Below the pieces are notes generated by a model, which saw only the letters and a list, made by a program, of their open reading frames with translations, was not told the origin of the DNA and searched no databases. Of a stretch of 64,000 bases of DNA, positions 1-10,708 are shown piece after piece (the first letter of the stretch is position 1; every line of letters begins with the position of its first letter). The stretch is from positions 256,001 through 320,000 of the forward strand of contig CBDAOY010000009.1 in NCBI GenBank assembly GCA_965198225.1, read 5' to 3'. The position numbers were made by a program, and so were the translations under genes. This DNA is from Terriglobia bacterium (GTDB lineage Bacteria; Acidobacteriota; Terriglobia; 20CM-2-55-15).

Positions 1-742
<742 letters not shown>

Positions 743-1012
743 TCAGCCTTCCAGTGTGGCCCAGCAGACCTTGGCAGAAGTCTGATGGCTCGCGTTACGG
801 CGGCGTTGCGCCAGATGCTAGGCGCCGGGCCGACCGGCCTGCGGGTCCGGAGAAATGTCGCGCGGCAATAACGCCCGCGAGTAACGGCGCCGTAACCCTC
901 CGGGCGCACGGGGGTTGCGGTCGGATACTTTGTTGCTCGTCGTCATGATGAAACAGCATCAGTTCCTCCTCGCGCCTCGTCTCCGCCTCGCAAGACCCGT
1001 GCGCGCGAACCA

Positions 1013-1666
1013 TCAGACTTCTGCCAAGGTCTGCTCAACTTCGGCGGCCAGGTCGGCCGTCCTCTTCTCGATACCCTCACCGGTCTGGAAGCGGGCGAAC
1101 CTGCGAACCCTGATGTTTTCGCCGATCTTTCCGATCAGGTTAGTGATAAGTTGTTCGATCGTGACCGACGTATCCTTGACGAACTCCTGTTCGTACAGGC
1201 AGGACGTCTTGAAGAAAGCGCCCAGCTTACCCTCGGCGATTTTATCGATAATGTGGTCCGGCTTTCCAGAAGAACGTGCATGATCCCTGTATATCTCGCG
1301 TTCCTTCTCGACAACGTCTTCGGGAACCTCTTCGCGGCGCACGTATCCAGGATTCTGGGCAGCGATGTGCATTGCCACGTCCTTTACCAGGCCCCTGAAG
1401 TCGTCGTTTCGGCTCGCGAAGTCGGTCTCGCAGTTGACTTCGACGAGAACGCCGATGGTGCCTTGACCGTGGATGTAGTGGCCGATCATGCCTTCGGCCG
1501 CGACTCGTCCGGCCTTCTTCTGGGCCGTTGCAAGGCCTTTCTTGCGGAGGAATACAATCGCCTTCTCGATGTCGCCGTCGGTCTCGACCAGGGCGTTCTT
1601 GCAGTCCATCATTCCAGCCCCGGTTTTCTCGCGTAATTCCTTAACCTGCTGGGCGGTGATTGCCAT
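1013..1666 (-). CDS. tsf: Translation elongation factor Ts
   Basis: VKELREKTGAGMMDCK and EVNCETDF motifs; rpsB-tsf-pyrH synteny. Confidence 0.97.
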   Translation of the reverse strand: MAITAQQVKELREKTGAGMMDCKNALVETDGDIEKAIVFLRKKGLATAQKKAGRVAAEGMIGHYIHGQGTIGVLVEVNCETDFASRNDDFRGLVKDVAMHIAAQNPGYVRREEVPEDVVEKEREIYRDHARSSGKPDHIIDKIAEGKLGAFFKTSCLYEQEFVKDTSVTIEQLITNLIGKIGENIRVRRFARFQTGEGIEKRTADLAAEVEQTLAEV

Positions 1667-1772
1667 CGCTGTTCAACTCCTTACAAAAATCGGCGAAAAT
1701 TCTCGACTTCGGCCCTTGCTTCCGCACCCGACGTTGTCGTTCCCAGCGCGAGAACTTGCTTCGACTCGATCG

Positions 1773-2005
1773 CTTGTATAGGTGCGCTCTATGAAAGTGT
1801 GAATTGTGGGAACGGAAATTCAGGTGGCGGGGCTTTTCACATGTAGGTGCGGTCTATGACCGCACAACTAGTGGTTCCGCGGGCATTTGTGCGCTCATAG
1901 AGCGCACCTACACTCGAGGATCGCGGTCTTCTTAGTGAAAAGTCCCGCCACCTGAATTTCCAACAAATTACATTCGTTCGCACCTTCATAGAGCGCACAG
2001 ACAAG
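1773..2005. repeat. Nested palindromic REP/BIME-like element (GTAG-type REPs)
   Basis: Inner inverted REP pair TGTAGGTGCGGTCTATGACCGCACAA (1842-1867) and TTGTGCGCTCATAGAGCGCACCTACA (1887-1912); 27-bp inverted repeat 1814-1840/1935-1961 with one mismatch; degenerate outer REP pair. Confidence 0.85.
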
Positions 2006-2072
2006 GGTTGGTGAGAAAAGCGGGTTAGGCGTCTGAAATCGGTGCGTTACTCCGTTGCGGGAAGCTTCGAGA

Positions 2073-3029
2073 CTATGTCTCGACGGACTCCTCTTGCTTC
2101 GATTCTTCGGCCGATTCGGCTTCTGTGGCTTCGACCGTCGGAGTGGTTTCTTCGCCACCTCCAGCGGCCTGGGTGGCCGCGTCTTCGGCGGTAACAGCTT
2201 CACTTTCGGGCGCTTCCTCAGCAACTGCCGACGGTGTCTCGACCGGTGCGGGAGCGGCTTGCGCTACTGGGGAGGCGACCTCCCCCTCTATCGCAGGCGC
2301 CCCTTCGGACGGAGCTTCAGCAACAGCGGGCGCGTCCTTCTTGGCCGCCATCGCCTGGCCCTCGAGAATGGCGTCGGCAACGCGCGAGCTAAAGAGACGG
2401 ATCGCGCGCAGGGCGTCGTCGTTGCCCGGGATCACGTAGTCGATGGAGTCCGGGTCACAGTTGGTGTCTACGATCCCGATAATCGGAATTTTCAAACGAC
2501 GGGCCTCGGCAACGGCGATCTCTTCCTTCCTGGAGTCGATTACGAAAATCGCGTCGGGCAACCGCGGCATGTCCTTGATGCCCGAGAGGTTCTTATCCAG
2601 CGAAATGCGCTGGCGTTCGAGCCGCAGGACTTCCTTCTTGGTCAGGAGTTCGTAGCGACCATCCTCCTTCATGGCTTCCAGGTCCTTCAGCCGCTGGATC
2701 GACTTCTGTATCGTCTGGTAGTTCGTCAGCAGGCCACCCAGCCAGCGCTGGTTCACGAAGAACATGCCGCATCGCGCGGATTCCTCCACCACGGCGTCCT
2801 GCGCCTGCCTCTTGGTGCCGACGAAAAGGAAGATCTTTCCCTGGGACGCGAGCTCCGTGATGAACTGGGTAGCTTCCTTGAAAAGACGAAGGGTCTTCTG
2901 GAGGTCGATGATATAGATGCCGTTACGTTCCCCGAAGATATAAGGTCGCATCTTCGGGTTCCAGCGCTTCGTCTGGTGACCGAAGTGGACGCCGGCCTCC
3001 AGCAGCTCCTTCATTGTGATTGATGCCAA
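2073..3029 (-). CDS. rpsB: 30S ribosomal protein S2 with acidic Ala/Glu-rich C-terminal tail
   Basis: [30 protein letters not shown] motifs. Confidence 0.98.
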   Translation of the reverse strand: MASITMKELLEAGVHFGHQTKRWNPKMRPYIFGERNGIYIIDLQKTLRLFKEATQFITELASQGKIFLFVGTKRQAQDAVVEESARCGMFFVNQRWLGGLLTNYQTIQKSIQRLKDLEAMKEDGRYELLTKKEVLRLERQRISLDKNLSGIKDMPRLPDAIFVIDSRKEEIAVAEARRLKIPIIGIVDTNCDPDSIDYVIPGNDDALRAIRLFSSRVADAILEGQAMAAKKDAPAVAEAPSEGAPAIEGEVASPVAQAAPAPVETPSAVAEEAPESEAVTAEDAATQAAGGGEETTPTVEATEAESAEESKQEESVET

Positions 3030-3123
3030 CTAAACCTCCGTTTCAACGATTCGTTAATCGCCATGACGGGCAATGATCCCCAAACAGGCTCGCCCGGAAA
3101 GAGCAGGTCCGGGCAGCCGGCTT

Positions 3124-3516
3124 CTATCGTTTGGAGAACTGGAATCGTTTACGGGCACCCGGCTGGCCGTACTTCTTGCGCTCCACCATCCGGGGATCCC
3201 GCGTCAGAAAACCGGCCTTCTTGAGAATGGGCCGGAATTCCGGATTAAACTCCACCAGGGCACGAGAGAGACCGTGCCTGACGGCGCCTGCCTGTCCTGT
3301 AACTCCGCCGCCCTGTACATTGATAAGAATGTCGAATTTGTCCAGGGTCTCGGAGAGCTGGAGCGGTTGCCGGATGATCATCCGGTGCATCTCGTCGAAA
3401 AAGTACTGCTCGAAAGGTTTCTTGTTGACCTTGACGGCCCCGCTTCCCGGTCTCAGAAAAACGCGGGCCGTGGAGGTTTTCCGTCGCCCGGTGCCATAGT
3501 ACTGAACTGTACTCAA
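3124..3516 (-). CDS. rpsI: 30S ribosomal protein S9
   Basis: [14 protein letters not shown]...[19 protein letters not shown]; TTG start at 3516 preceded by GGAGGA. Confidence 0.97.
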   Translation of the reverse strand: MSTVQYYGTGRRKTSTARVFLRPGSGAVKVNKKPFEQYFFDEMHRMIIRQPLQLSETLDKFDILINVQGGGVTGQAGAVRHGLSRALVEFNPEFRPILKKAGFLTRDPRMVERKKYGQPGARKRFQFSKR

Positions 3517-3559
3517 TAATCCTCCCAACGCCGGGGATGTCGGCGCGGACCATCTATCA

Positions 3560-3997
3560 CTATAACTTTTCGATAACTTCGGGTTTCTGCGCGGCATGCG
3601 GGTGCTCGCCGCCCGCGTAAATGCGCAATCGTTTCGCCATCTTCTTGCGCAGCTTGTTTTTCGGAAGCATGCCGAGTACGGCCTCCTGAACGATGCGCTC
3701 CGGCCTGGTTTCATACAATCGCCGTGCCGAGACTTCCTTCAGGCCGCCAGGATAGCCAGTGTGCCGGCGATAAATCTTCTGATCCATTTTCTGTCCGGTC
3801 AGTCTAACTTTACCGGCGTTGATAATGACGACGTGGTCGCCCGTGACAAGAAACGGAACATAACCGGGCTTGTGCTTCCCGCTCAACAGCGTCGCTGCGC
3901 GCGTCGCCAGACGGCCCAGTACCTGATCGGCAGCATCGATGACGTACCAGTTGTCGTCGGCGTCGGCTTCGGCCCGGGTCAAGAATCGTGTGGACAT
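3560..3997 (-). CDS. rplM: 50S ribosomal protein L13
   Basis: [32 protein letters not shown] motifs; ATG at 3997. Confidence 0.97.
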   Translation of the reverse strand: MSTRFLTRAEADADDNWYVIDAADQVLGRLATRAATLLSGKHKPGYVPFLVTGDHVVIINAGKVRLTGQKMDQKIYRRHTGYPGGLKEVSARRLYETRPERIVQEAVLGMLPKNKLRKKMAKRLRIYAGGEHPHAAQKPEVIEKL

Positions 3998-4057
3998 ACT
4001 CTTAGCTGTCTCCCAGCGTGTGCACAAAATCATGATAATATACTGAGGCTAAACAAG

Positions 4058-5425
4058 ATGTCAAGATGCCTACTCCGTCTGGCAGGGGCCTTCTTAGTTG
4101 TTCTGGGGCTCCAATTCTCCCTCCACGGAACCCAAAGTCAGGCCGATGCGCTCGGCACGGTTTCGGACCTCTTGCTCCGCGACGAATTCGAAGAGGCCGA
4201 AGCCCTTCTCCAGGATCTTCCGGACAGCCCCCAGGTTGCTGCCTTCGAAGGGGAAATTGCGTTTCGAAGGGGCCATTTCGGCGAGGCGCGCGACCAGTAC
4301 TCGGCGGCCCTGGACCAGGAACCCGACACGGCACGCGCCCATTTCGGTCTCGGCAAACTCGCTCTAGGGAAGATGCGGGCCATGGAGGCCGTTCAGTACT
4401 TGACGCGAGCGGTCGAACTCGCACCCGAGGAGCCGCTCTATCGGTTGACGGCTGCCGAAGCCTGGGGAATCGACCAGAATCTGGAAGAACAGAGACGCCA
4501 TCTCGAAGCCTACCTCGCGCTGGAACCCACGTACAACCCGGACCGGGTCACCGAAGTCGAGGCCGCGCTGGAAGTCATCCGGGCCTTTGGCTCCGACAGG
4601 ATGGGCATCTATGACATCGGCGAAAGCCAGCAGCCGATACCGATCTCGAAAGGCATCAACCTTATATTTGCCAACGTCATGATCGGCGAACAGGGGCCGT
4701 TCGAGTTCCTCGTCGACACGGGCGCGTCCCAGACCGTTTTCACCGAGAAACTCGTCGGACAGCTCGATCTGACGCCGATAACGACCACACTCGTTCACGG
4801 CATCGGCGGTGATGGACAGGTCGAAACGAGCATCCACCGAATAGACCACTTCACGTTTGGGGATATCGAAGTCCTGAACCTGCCGGTCGGCACGATATCC
4901 GATCCCCTCCTGAGCGAGATCGCCGACGGAATCTTCTCGACGGCGACCTTCAGCGATCACGTCCTCACCATCGACTACCCGCAGAGTCGAATCGAATTCG
5001 ACGCGACGGAAGAGGCCGCCCTCGACACGATCCCCTCCTGGTTCTTCAACAACCTCGTCCTGCTACCGCTGAAGGTCAACGGCGAACACGAGGGTCTCTT
5101 TCTGGTCGACACCGGTGCGGTCACCACTGTCGTTTCCCACAGCCTGGCGGCCACGCTGGGTGTGGATGAAGACACGCCGGGGGCGAAGATCGATCTCGGT
5201 CTTGCCGGTATCACCGGGTTTGAAGGATCCGTGCTTCGCGTCGACGACGTCACGTTCACGACCCCGAAGAACCGGGAGGAATACTCCTACGTCGTTTCGA
5301 TCGACATGCGGGAGATCTCGAATATGCTCGGGACCGAGATCAGCGGGGTTGTCGGATACGACTTCCTGGAAAACTACCGCGTCACCATCGACTTCCAGAA
5401 AGCGGAAGTCCGCCTGTCAAAGTAG
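4058..5425 (+). CDS. Exported TPR protein with two retropepsin-like aspartyl protease domains
   Basis: Hydrophobic N-terminus from ATG 4058, TPR-like helices, two FLVDTGA motifs, C-terminal SGVVGYDFL. Confidence 0.85.
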   Translation: MSRCLLRLAGAFLVVLGLQFSLHGTQSQADALGTVSDLLLRDEFEEAEALLQDLPDSPQVAAFEGEIAFRRGHFGEARDQYSAALDQEPDTARAHFGLGKLALGKMRAMEAVQYLTRAVELAPEEPLYRLTAAEAWGIDQNLEEQRRHLEAYLALEPTYNPDRVTEVEAALEVIRAFGSDRMGIYDIGESQQPIPISKGINLIFANVMIGEQGPFEFLVDTGASQTVFTEKLVGQLDLTPITTTLVHGIGGDGQVETSIHRIDHFTFGDIEVLNLPVGTISDPLLSEIADGIFSTATFSDHVLTIDYPQSRIEFDATEEAALDTIPSWFFNNLVLLPLKVNGEHEGLFLVDTGAVTTVVSHSLAATLGVDEDTPGAKIDLGLAGITGFEGSVLRVDDVTFTTPKNREEYSYVVSIDMREISNMLGTEISGVVGYDFLENYRVTIDFQKAEVRLSK

Positions 5426-5484
5426 GCGCATTAGCCTACTTTCCTGCATCAGCGTCGAGCGAAACGTACCGAGAGAGAGCCAGT

Positions 5485-5517
5485 GTGAGGGGGACATAGC
5501 CCTGTCCCCGGGTCTTC
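5485..5517. repeat. Palindromic intergenic repeat (GGGGACA..TGTCCCC family), possible bidirectional terminator
   Basis: GTGAGGGGGACATAGCCCTGTCCCCGGGTCTTC; near-identical copy at 28894-28930; lies between convergent genes. Confidence 0.65.
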
Positions 5518-5541
5518 GCTAAGCAGAAAGGGCCGCGGGCG

Positions 5542-6375
5542 CTACGCTTCAGCCTTCTCCAACACATACAACGCCTGACGTTGGGGGGTGTCGACCAGCA
5601 TGAAGTCGGTCATCACGTAGCCTCGCTCGAAATAGTGGCGGCAGGCTGTCCGAACTTTCTGCTGCCAGTCCCGGGCAAGTTGCTGGTCGGCCTTCTGGAC
5701 AGATGGGAAGTCGGAAGGGATCTCCAGAAGGATCGGGCTCTCGTCCAGTTCCAGGTCCGGCGACCCGGGCTGACGGTCGTGGACTTCGATGATCCGGAGG
5801 AGTCGATCGAAATCGCGCAGGATCACCGGGGCTTCGCCGCTGGTACGATCTTCGACACGCTCGGAATTCAGATGCCATTCAGCAACCAGCCGGTCCGTCG
5901 GCATGCCGTGGTGAAGCGGACTGCTGCTGACTCCGTACACGTTCTCTTCGTACTCGCAGACGATGGCACCAAGTTTCCGGAGATTGAAGTGGGCGTTCAT
6001 CGCTTGTAACGGGTCGAAGGTCCACCAGATTTCCGGGATGCCGTTTTCGAGCGCGTCTTCGCGCTGCGCCAGCTTGAGGCGGAAACCGATGTCGCGACCC
6101 CGGTAATCTCGGGACACACCGGTCATGTGAGACCACCAGATCAAGCCGCCGTCCGGCCTCCGCCCGAGCATTGCGAACGCAAAACCGACGACCCGCGATC
6201 CAGGTTCTTCGGCCACCAGCACGCTGCCACCGTACTCGTTTCCGATCAGGAGCAACGGCTGAGCGGCGATGTCTTCGGTGTCGGAGAAACTCCAGACTTC
6301 CTTCTGCAATTCGACACATGCCCGGTAGTCCTCCAGTCCGCGAGCACGGCAGATGTGAACGTCGACCTCTGACAC
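5542..6375 (-). CDS. GNAT-family acetyltransferase (COG3375-like)
   Basis: WSHMTGV..YRGRDIGFRLK acetyl-CoA motif, WTFDPLQAMNAHFNLRKLG, TDRLVAEW. Confidence 0.85.
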   Translation of the reverse strand: MSEVDVHICRARGLEDYRACVELQKEVWSFSDTEDIAAQPLLLIGNEYGGSVLVAEEPGSRVVGFAFAMLGRRPDGGLIWWSHMTGVSRDYRGRDIGFRLKLAQREDALENGIPEIWWTFDPLQAMNAHFNLRKLGAIVCEYEENVYGVSSSPLHHGMPTDRLVAEWHLNSERVEDRTSGEAPVILRDFDRLLRIIEVHDRQPGSPDLELDESPILLEIPSDFPSVQKADQQLARDWQQKVRTACRHYFERGYVMTDFMLVDTPQRQALYVLEKAEA

Positions 6376-6510
6376 GGCTGCTAGAATAGCAAATCGACCT
6401 CCATGAACACCGAAAACAGAAATGCCAAGTCCGAGGCCATCGACAGCCTCGATACGCAGTGGTCGAACCGCCTTTGATAGACTCCAGTAAAGAGTGAGTC
6501 CGAAGACGCT

Positions 6511-7764
6511 ATGGACAAGCTGCGAATCAGGGGCGGAGCAGAACTCGAAGGAAAGGTCAGCATCAGTGGTGCGAAGAACGCGGCCTTGCCGGCTATGGCA
6601 GCCGCACTACTCACCCCCGACCCCGTCCACCTGGAAAACCTCCCCTTCGTCAACGACATACTGACGACGCGAAAGCTCCTGGGCGAGCTTGGAGCGTCCG
6701 TTGAGCTCCGCCCGGACCATTCCGGGACAGTGAACGCTGCGGTTATCACGTCTTGCGAGGCTCCCTACGAGCTGGTGAAGACCATGCGCGCGTCAGTGCT
6801 GGTGCTGGGACCGCTGCTGGCTCGGATGGGACGAGCCCGCGTTTCACTTCCCGGGGGGTGCGCTATCGGGGCGCGCCCGATTAATCTCCACATCAAGGGG
6901 TTTCAGAAGCTCGGCGCCGAAGTGCGGACCGAACACGGGTACATCGAGGCGAGGACAGACCAGCTCAAAGGAGCTGACATTCTCTTCGATCGCATTACGC
7001 ACACCGGGACCGAGAACCTGATGATGGCCGCCACCCTGGCCAGCGGCCACACGACCCTGCGGAACGCCGCTTGCGAACCGGAAGTGGCCGACCTGGCTGA
7101 GCTGCTCAACTCGATGGGAGCCCGAATTCGAGGAGCAGGAACGTCCACTGTTCACATCGACGGCGTCTCCGAACTCCACGGCGCCACCCACCGAGTCCTC
7201 CCCGACCGGATCGAAACCGGTACGTTCCTCGTCGCCGGAGCGATGACGAACGGAACGCTCGAACTCGACAACGTAGATACGTCGCTGCTTGAAAGCACAG
7301 TAGAAAAGTTGAAAGAGACGGGCGTCCGGATCGACGTGTCACGCGAGCGTCTCCGGGTGTGCGGGGTGAGGGATCCGGTCGCCGCCGACGTCAACACCAA
7401 GGAGTACCCCGGCTTCGCGACCGACATGCAGGCCCAATACATGGCTTTCATGACGCAGGCTCGGGGAACTTCCGTTATCACCGAGAACATCTTCGAAAAC
7501 CGGTTCATGCACGCAAGTGAGTTGATACGGATGGGCGCAGATATTAAGATCGAAGGATCCCGGGCAATCGTAAGGGGAAAGACCCCGCTCAGCGGCGCCA
7601 ACGTCATCGCCTCCGATCTGAGGGCGAGCGCGTCGCTGGTGCTGGCCGGACTCGTCGCCGACGGAGACACCGTCATCGACCGCGTGTACCATCTCGACCG
7701 CGGCTACGAGAGTATCGAAGAAAAGCTCCGCAGCATCGGAGCCCGCATCGAACGCCTCAAGTGA
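6511..7764 (+). CDS. murA: UDP-N-acetylglucosamine 1-carboxyvinyltransferase
   Basis: [20 protein letters not shown] (active-site Cys), ENRFMH, DLRAS, HLDRGYE. Confidence 0.98.
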   Translation: MDKLRIRGGAELEGKVSISGAKNAALPAMAAALLTPDPVHLENLPFVNDILTTRKLLGELGASVELRPDHSGTVNAAVITSCEAPYELVKTMRASVLVLGPLLARMGRARVSLPGGCAIGARPINLHIKGFQKLGAEVRTEHGYIEARTDQLKGADILFDRITHTGTENLMMAATLASGHTTLRNAACEPEVADLAELLNSMGARIRGAGTSTVHIDGVSELHGATHRVLPDRIETGTFLVAGAMTNGTLELDNVDTSLLESTVEKLKETGVRIDVSRERLRVCGVRDPVAADVNTKEYPGFATDMQAQYMAFMTQARGTSVITENIFENRFMHASELIRMGADIKIEGSRAIVRGKTPLSGANVIASDLRASASLVLAGLVADGDTVIDRVYHLDRGYESIEEKLRSIGARIERLK

Positions 7765-7795
7765 ACCCTGCGGGGAAACGGAAGGGCCGTTAAAG

Positions 7796-9598
7796 ATGAC
7801 GCGACCAACACGTCGAGCAGCGCTAATTCTCACCCTCATTCTGTTTCTGTCTCTCCCTGCGGCAGCTCAGGTCGAGCTCCCGACGCCCCTGGATCACTAC
7901 GAGACGTTCGATGCCAACGATATCGGTCTCGGTTTGTTCACCACTCTCTCCTCGCAACTGGACTTCGCCGCACAGATGACGGTGCAGCAGTTCATGAGCC
8001 CGCGTGGGGAGGGAGAGAGGCCGAGCGTCCCGCGTGAGGACGTCCTGGCCGTGCTGAACTCTCTGGATCTGGATGCGGTGTATGGCGATATTCTGGAGCT
8101 GATCATCCATCAGTCCAGCGTGCTCGACGTCGTTCCCGAGAATGCCTCACAGTGGATCCCGGTCGTCCACGACTCCCTCCTGTTCTTCATCGACGGCCTG
8201 GGTCGGGAACGGCTGTTCGAGCGGATACTGAACCTGATCTACCTGCCGGGCGGCTCTGGAAGAGGGGATCGGCTGCTGGAGTTCACCGACCGGACGGCAA
8301 GCCTCCAGAAGATCGGACAGATCCTCGCCCGCAACCCGGATCTCCCGGCCGACCTCCGGCAGTCGTTGCAGAATCTGGAAAACGGCATGTCGACTTCGGA
8401 CCGTGATGAGCTCGTCGAGTTCATTGCGGCAGAAGTCGGACCCGACAGCGTGGAAGCTTACCAGGTGGAGTTCGCCGACGAGATTCTGGCAGAGGCCAGC
8501 GTCGGGGCGGTGATCCGCGCCACCCTCACACCGCCGGATGTGGCAGAAAGCCACGATGTGGTGTTCAAGATCGTCAAGCCCTACGTCCTGGACTCGCTGC
8601 CTCAGGAGCTGGCGATCGTGGACGAAATCGCGGTGTTCTTCCAGGAGAACAGCGATTACTACGACCTGGGAAACATCCCTCTTTCGGACATGTTTCGAGA
8701 CGTCCGTACTGCGCTTTCGAGCGAGATCAGGATCGAGGATGAACAGAGCAACCTGATTCTCGCCGAAGCTTACTACGGCGACAATCCCCGCGTGCACGTT
8801 CCCCATCTGTATCCGTTCTCGACGCCCAACGTGACGGTGATGGAGTTCATTAGAGGCGAGAAGATTACCGACGCCCACCCGGGGCGAGTCCAAGCGCGAG
8901 CCGAGATGGCCCGACGCCTGAGCGATGCGTTGACGGTTGACGTCGTGTTCTCGACCGAGGAGGAAGCAATCTTCCATGGGGATCCGCACGCTGGCAACGT
9001 GTTTCACGTCTCCAGCGACCCATCCGACCCGTACCGCATCGCGCTACTGGATTGGGGGCTCCACGGAAGCTTCCCGCGGGCCCAGCGCGAGCAACTGGTC
9101 CAGCTCATGCTGGGGGTTTACCTCGGAAACGCCAAGCGTATCCGCAACAACGCCGGAGCCCTGTTAGAGGAGGGATTACCCGAGGAGCCCGGGGAGCTGG
9201 CGAAGGTCCGACGCATCGTCGACGAGTGCCTGGAAAACCGGGCCGAGACCTTCCCAACCCTGCAGAATCTGATCCTCGAACTCGCGAAGGAAGGGTTCCA
9301 GACCCGTTTCAACATCGCCTTGTTTATCAAATCACAGCTTACGATTGCCGGAATACTCAACGAGCTGGATCCGGAATTCGATCAGGACGCCTATTTCATG
9401 GGGCGTATAAGAGGGCTCGTCTGGCGCGAGTTCCCGAAACACCTGCTCAACACGGCATGGTTCCCCGGCTGGAACTCGCACGCCTACCGCAGCATGCTCT
9501 CCAACGAGGACATTCGGGACATCTGGACGAAGCAGTTGACGGGCTTTTTCAAGAGCATTGGCATCGGCATCGGTCGGGCGTTTGCCGCCGTTTTTTAG
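7796..9598 (+). CDS. AarF/UbiB/ABC1-family atypical kinase with N-terminal signal-peptide-like segment
   Basis: QKIGQ (KxGQ), EASVGAV, VVFKIVKP, FHGDPHAGN, LLDWG motifs. Confidence 0.85.
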   Translation: MTRPTRRAALILTLILFLSLPAAAQVELPTPLDHYETFDANDIGLGLFTTLSSQLDFAAQMTVQQFMSPRGEGERPSVPREDVLAVLNSLDLDAVYGDILELIIHQSSVLDVVPENASQWIPVVHDSLLFFIDGLGRERLFERILNLIYLPGGSGRGDRLLEFTDRTASLQKIGQILARNPDLPADLRQSLQNLENGMSTSDRDELVEFIAAEVGPDSVEAYQVEFADEILAEASVGAVIRATLTPPDVAESHDVVFKIVKPYVLDSLPQELAIVDEIAVFFQENSDYYDLGNIPLSDMFRDVRTALSSEIRIEDEQSNLILAEAYYGDNPRVHVPHLYPFSTPNVTVMEFIRGEKITDAHPGRVQARAEMARRLSDALTVDVVFSTEEEAIFHGDPHAGNVFHVSSDPSDPYRIALLDWGLHGSFPRAQREQLVQLMLGVYLGNAKRIRNNAGALLEEGLPEEPGELAKVRRIVDECLENRAETFPTLQNLILELAKEGFQTRFNIALFIKSQLTIAGILNELDPEFDQDAYFMGRIRGLVWREFPKHLLNTAWFPGWNSHAYRSMLSNEDIRDIWTKQLTGFFKSIGIGIGRAFAAVF

Positions 9599-9674
9599 GC
9601 CTCTCGGCCGACAGGAATTAAACCAATTCACCTCCTCTGGCCGTGTGCAAAACCGCGAGGGGAGGCAAACAGAG

Positions 9675-10038
9675 GTGTAGGTGCGGTCTATGACCGCACA
9701 ACTAGTTACAGGCCACTTGACCTGTAACAGTATGAGTGTACGACGCCACCACATCCTTTACGCATGACGTCAGGATATCCTTTTCAGCTTTGGAGTGGAA
9801 TCAGTTGACACAGCGTCGGCAAGCGAAACTCTAGGATTGGGTGTAGGGGCGCTCTATGAGCGCACAGATTCCAGCCAAACCACCACTAGCTAGTGGCCTG
9901 TAACAGTGCTATCGGCCCGAAGGGTACCGATAGCTCCGTGCGAAGCCAAGAATTGTGCGGTCATAGACCGCACCTACACTTGCCTGATCTCTCGCCCGGG
10001 TGTACGGGCATTTGTGCGCTCATAGAGCGCACCTACAC
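9675..10038. repeat. Cluster of four GTAG-type REP palindromes (same family as 1842-1912)
   Basis: Copies at 9675-9705 and 9841-9866 (forward), 9953-9979 and 10012-10038 (reverse); extra inverted repeat GTTACAGGCCACT/AGTGGCCTGTAAC. Confidence 0.85.
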
Positions 10039-10183
10039 AGGATTGAGTCACGGAAGTTCTCATGCCTGACTACGCGGCAGTCTGGATTTCTGTAAGAAAT
10101 CCAGGCTAAACTCCAAGAGATTTCGGACGATCGAGCCGTTTCCGGTTCGAAAAGAGAACCAGCAGCCCAAGGATGACCTCAGA

Positions 10184-10705
10184 ATGCTCCAAGGCGGTCT
10201 GACAGCCTTTCTGGCATTGATCCTGGCATTCGGCCAGCAAACCGCAACAGCGCCTCCCGAAGAGGCGTTGGGCACGATCACGGGCCGCGTCGAAACCCCG
10301 GCGGACGAAGAGATCGGCGATCCGATTCAGGCCGTTCTTCTGGCCCCCCGGTGGGTCGATCTCTGGAACGGCGACGTCCAGAAAAGGCTCGACACCTATT
10401 TCGACCGCTACCGCCAGGCGTTCGCCCGCAACCCGGAATTCTTCAGTCAGGTCTCGAACATGGCGCACCGGGATGCCATCATCTTTGTGATCGGCCGCAT
10501 GCAGCGGGAGTTGGGGGAGCAGTTCACCCAGCTCGTCAAGGGGGTTTCCCCGGAAGGCCGCTTTGAGTTCGGCGACGTCCCGCTGGGCGAATACAAGGTC
10601 ATCGTTGTGGCGTCGGCCGACGCCCGAAACCTGATCTGGGCCGAGACCATCAAGCTCACGAGTCCCATTCCGCAATTCATCGAAATTCGAAACCGAATCC
10701 AGTAA
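10184..10705 (+). CDS. Exported hypothetical protein (carboxypeptidase-regulatory-like beta domain)
   Basis: Hydrophobic N-terminus; GTITGRV...EGRFEFGDVPLGEYKVIV pattern; 3 bp before lpxB. Confidence 0.7.
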   Translation: MLQGGLTAFLALILAFGQQTATAPPEEALGTITGRVETPADEEIGDPIQAVLLAPRWVDLWNGDVQKRLDTYFDRYRQAFARNPEFFSQVSNMAHRDAIIFVIGRMQRELGEQFTQLVKGVSPEGRFEFGDVPLGEYKVIVVASADARNLIWAETIKLTSPIPQFIEIRNRIQ

Positions 10706-10708
10706 CCC

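Noticed and set aside
3596-4057. N-terminal extension of the 609-aa ORF
   Set aside because: Antisense to rplM; the signal-peptide-like start at 4058 is more plausible
9675-10038. Possible CRISPR array (palindromic repeats with unique spacers)
   Set aside because: Units are in mixed orientation with irregular spacing, recur at 1842-1912, and no cas genes are present; fits REPs
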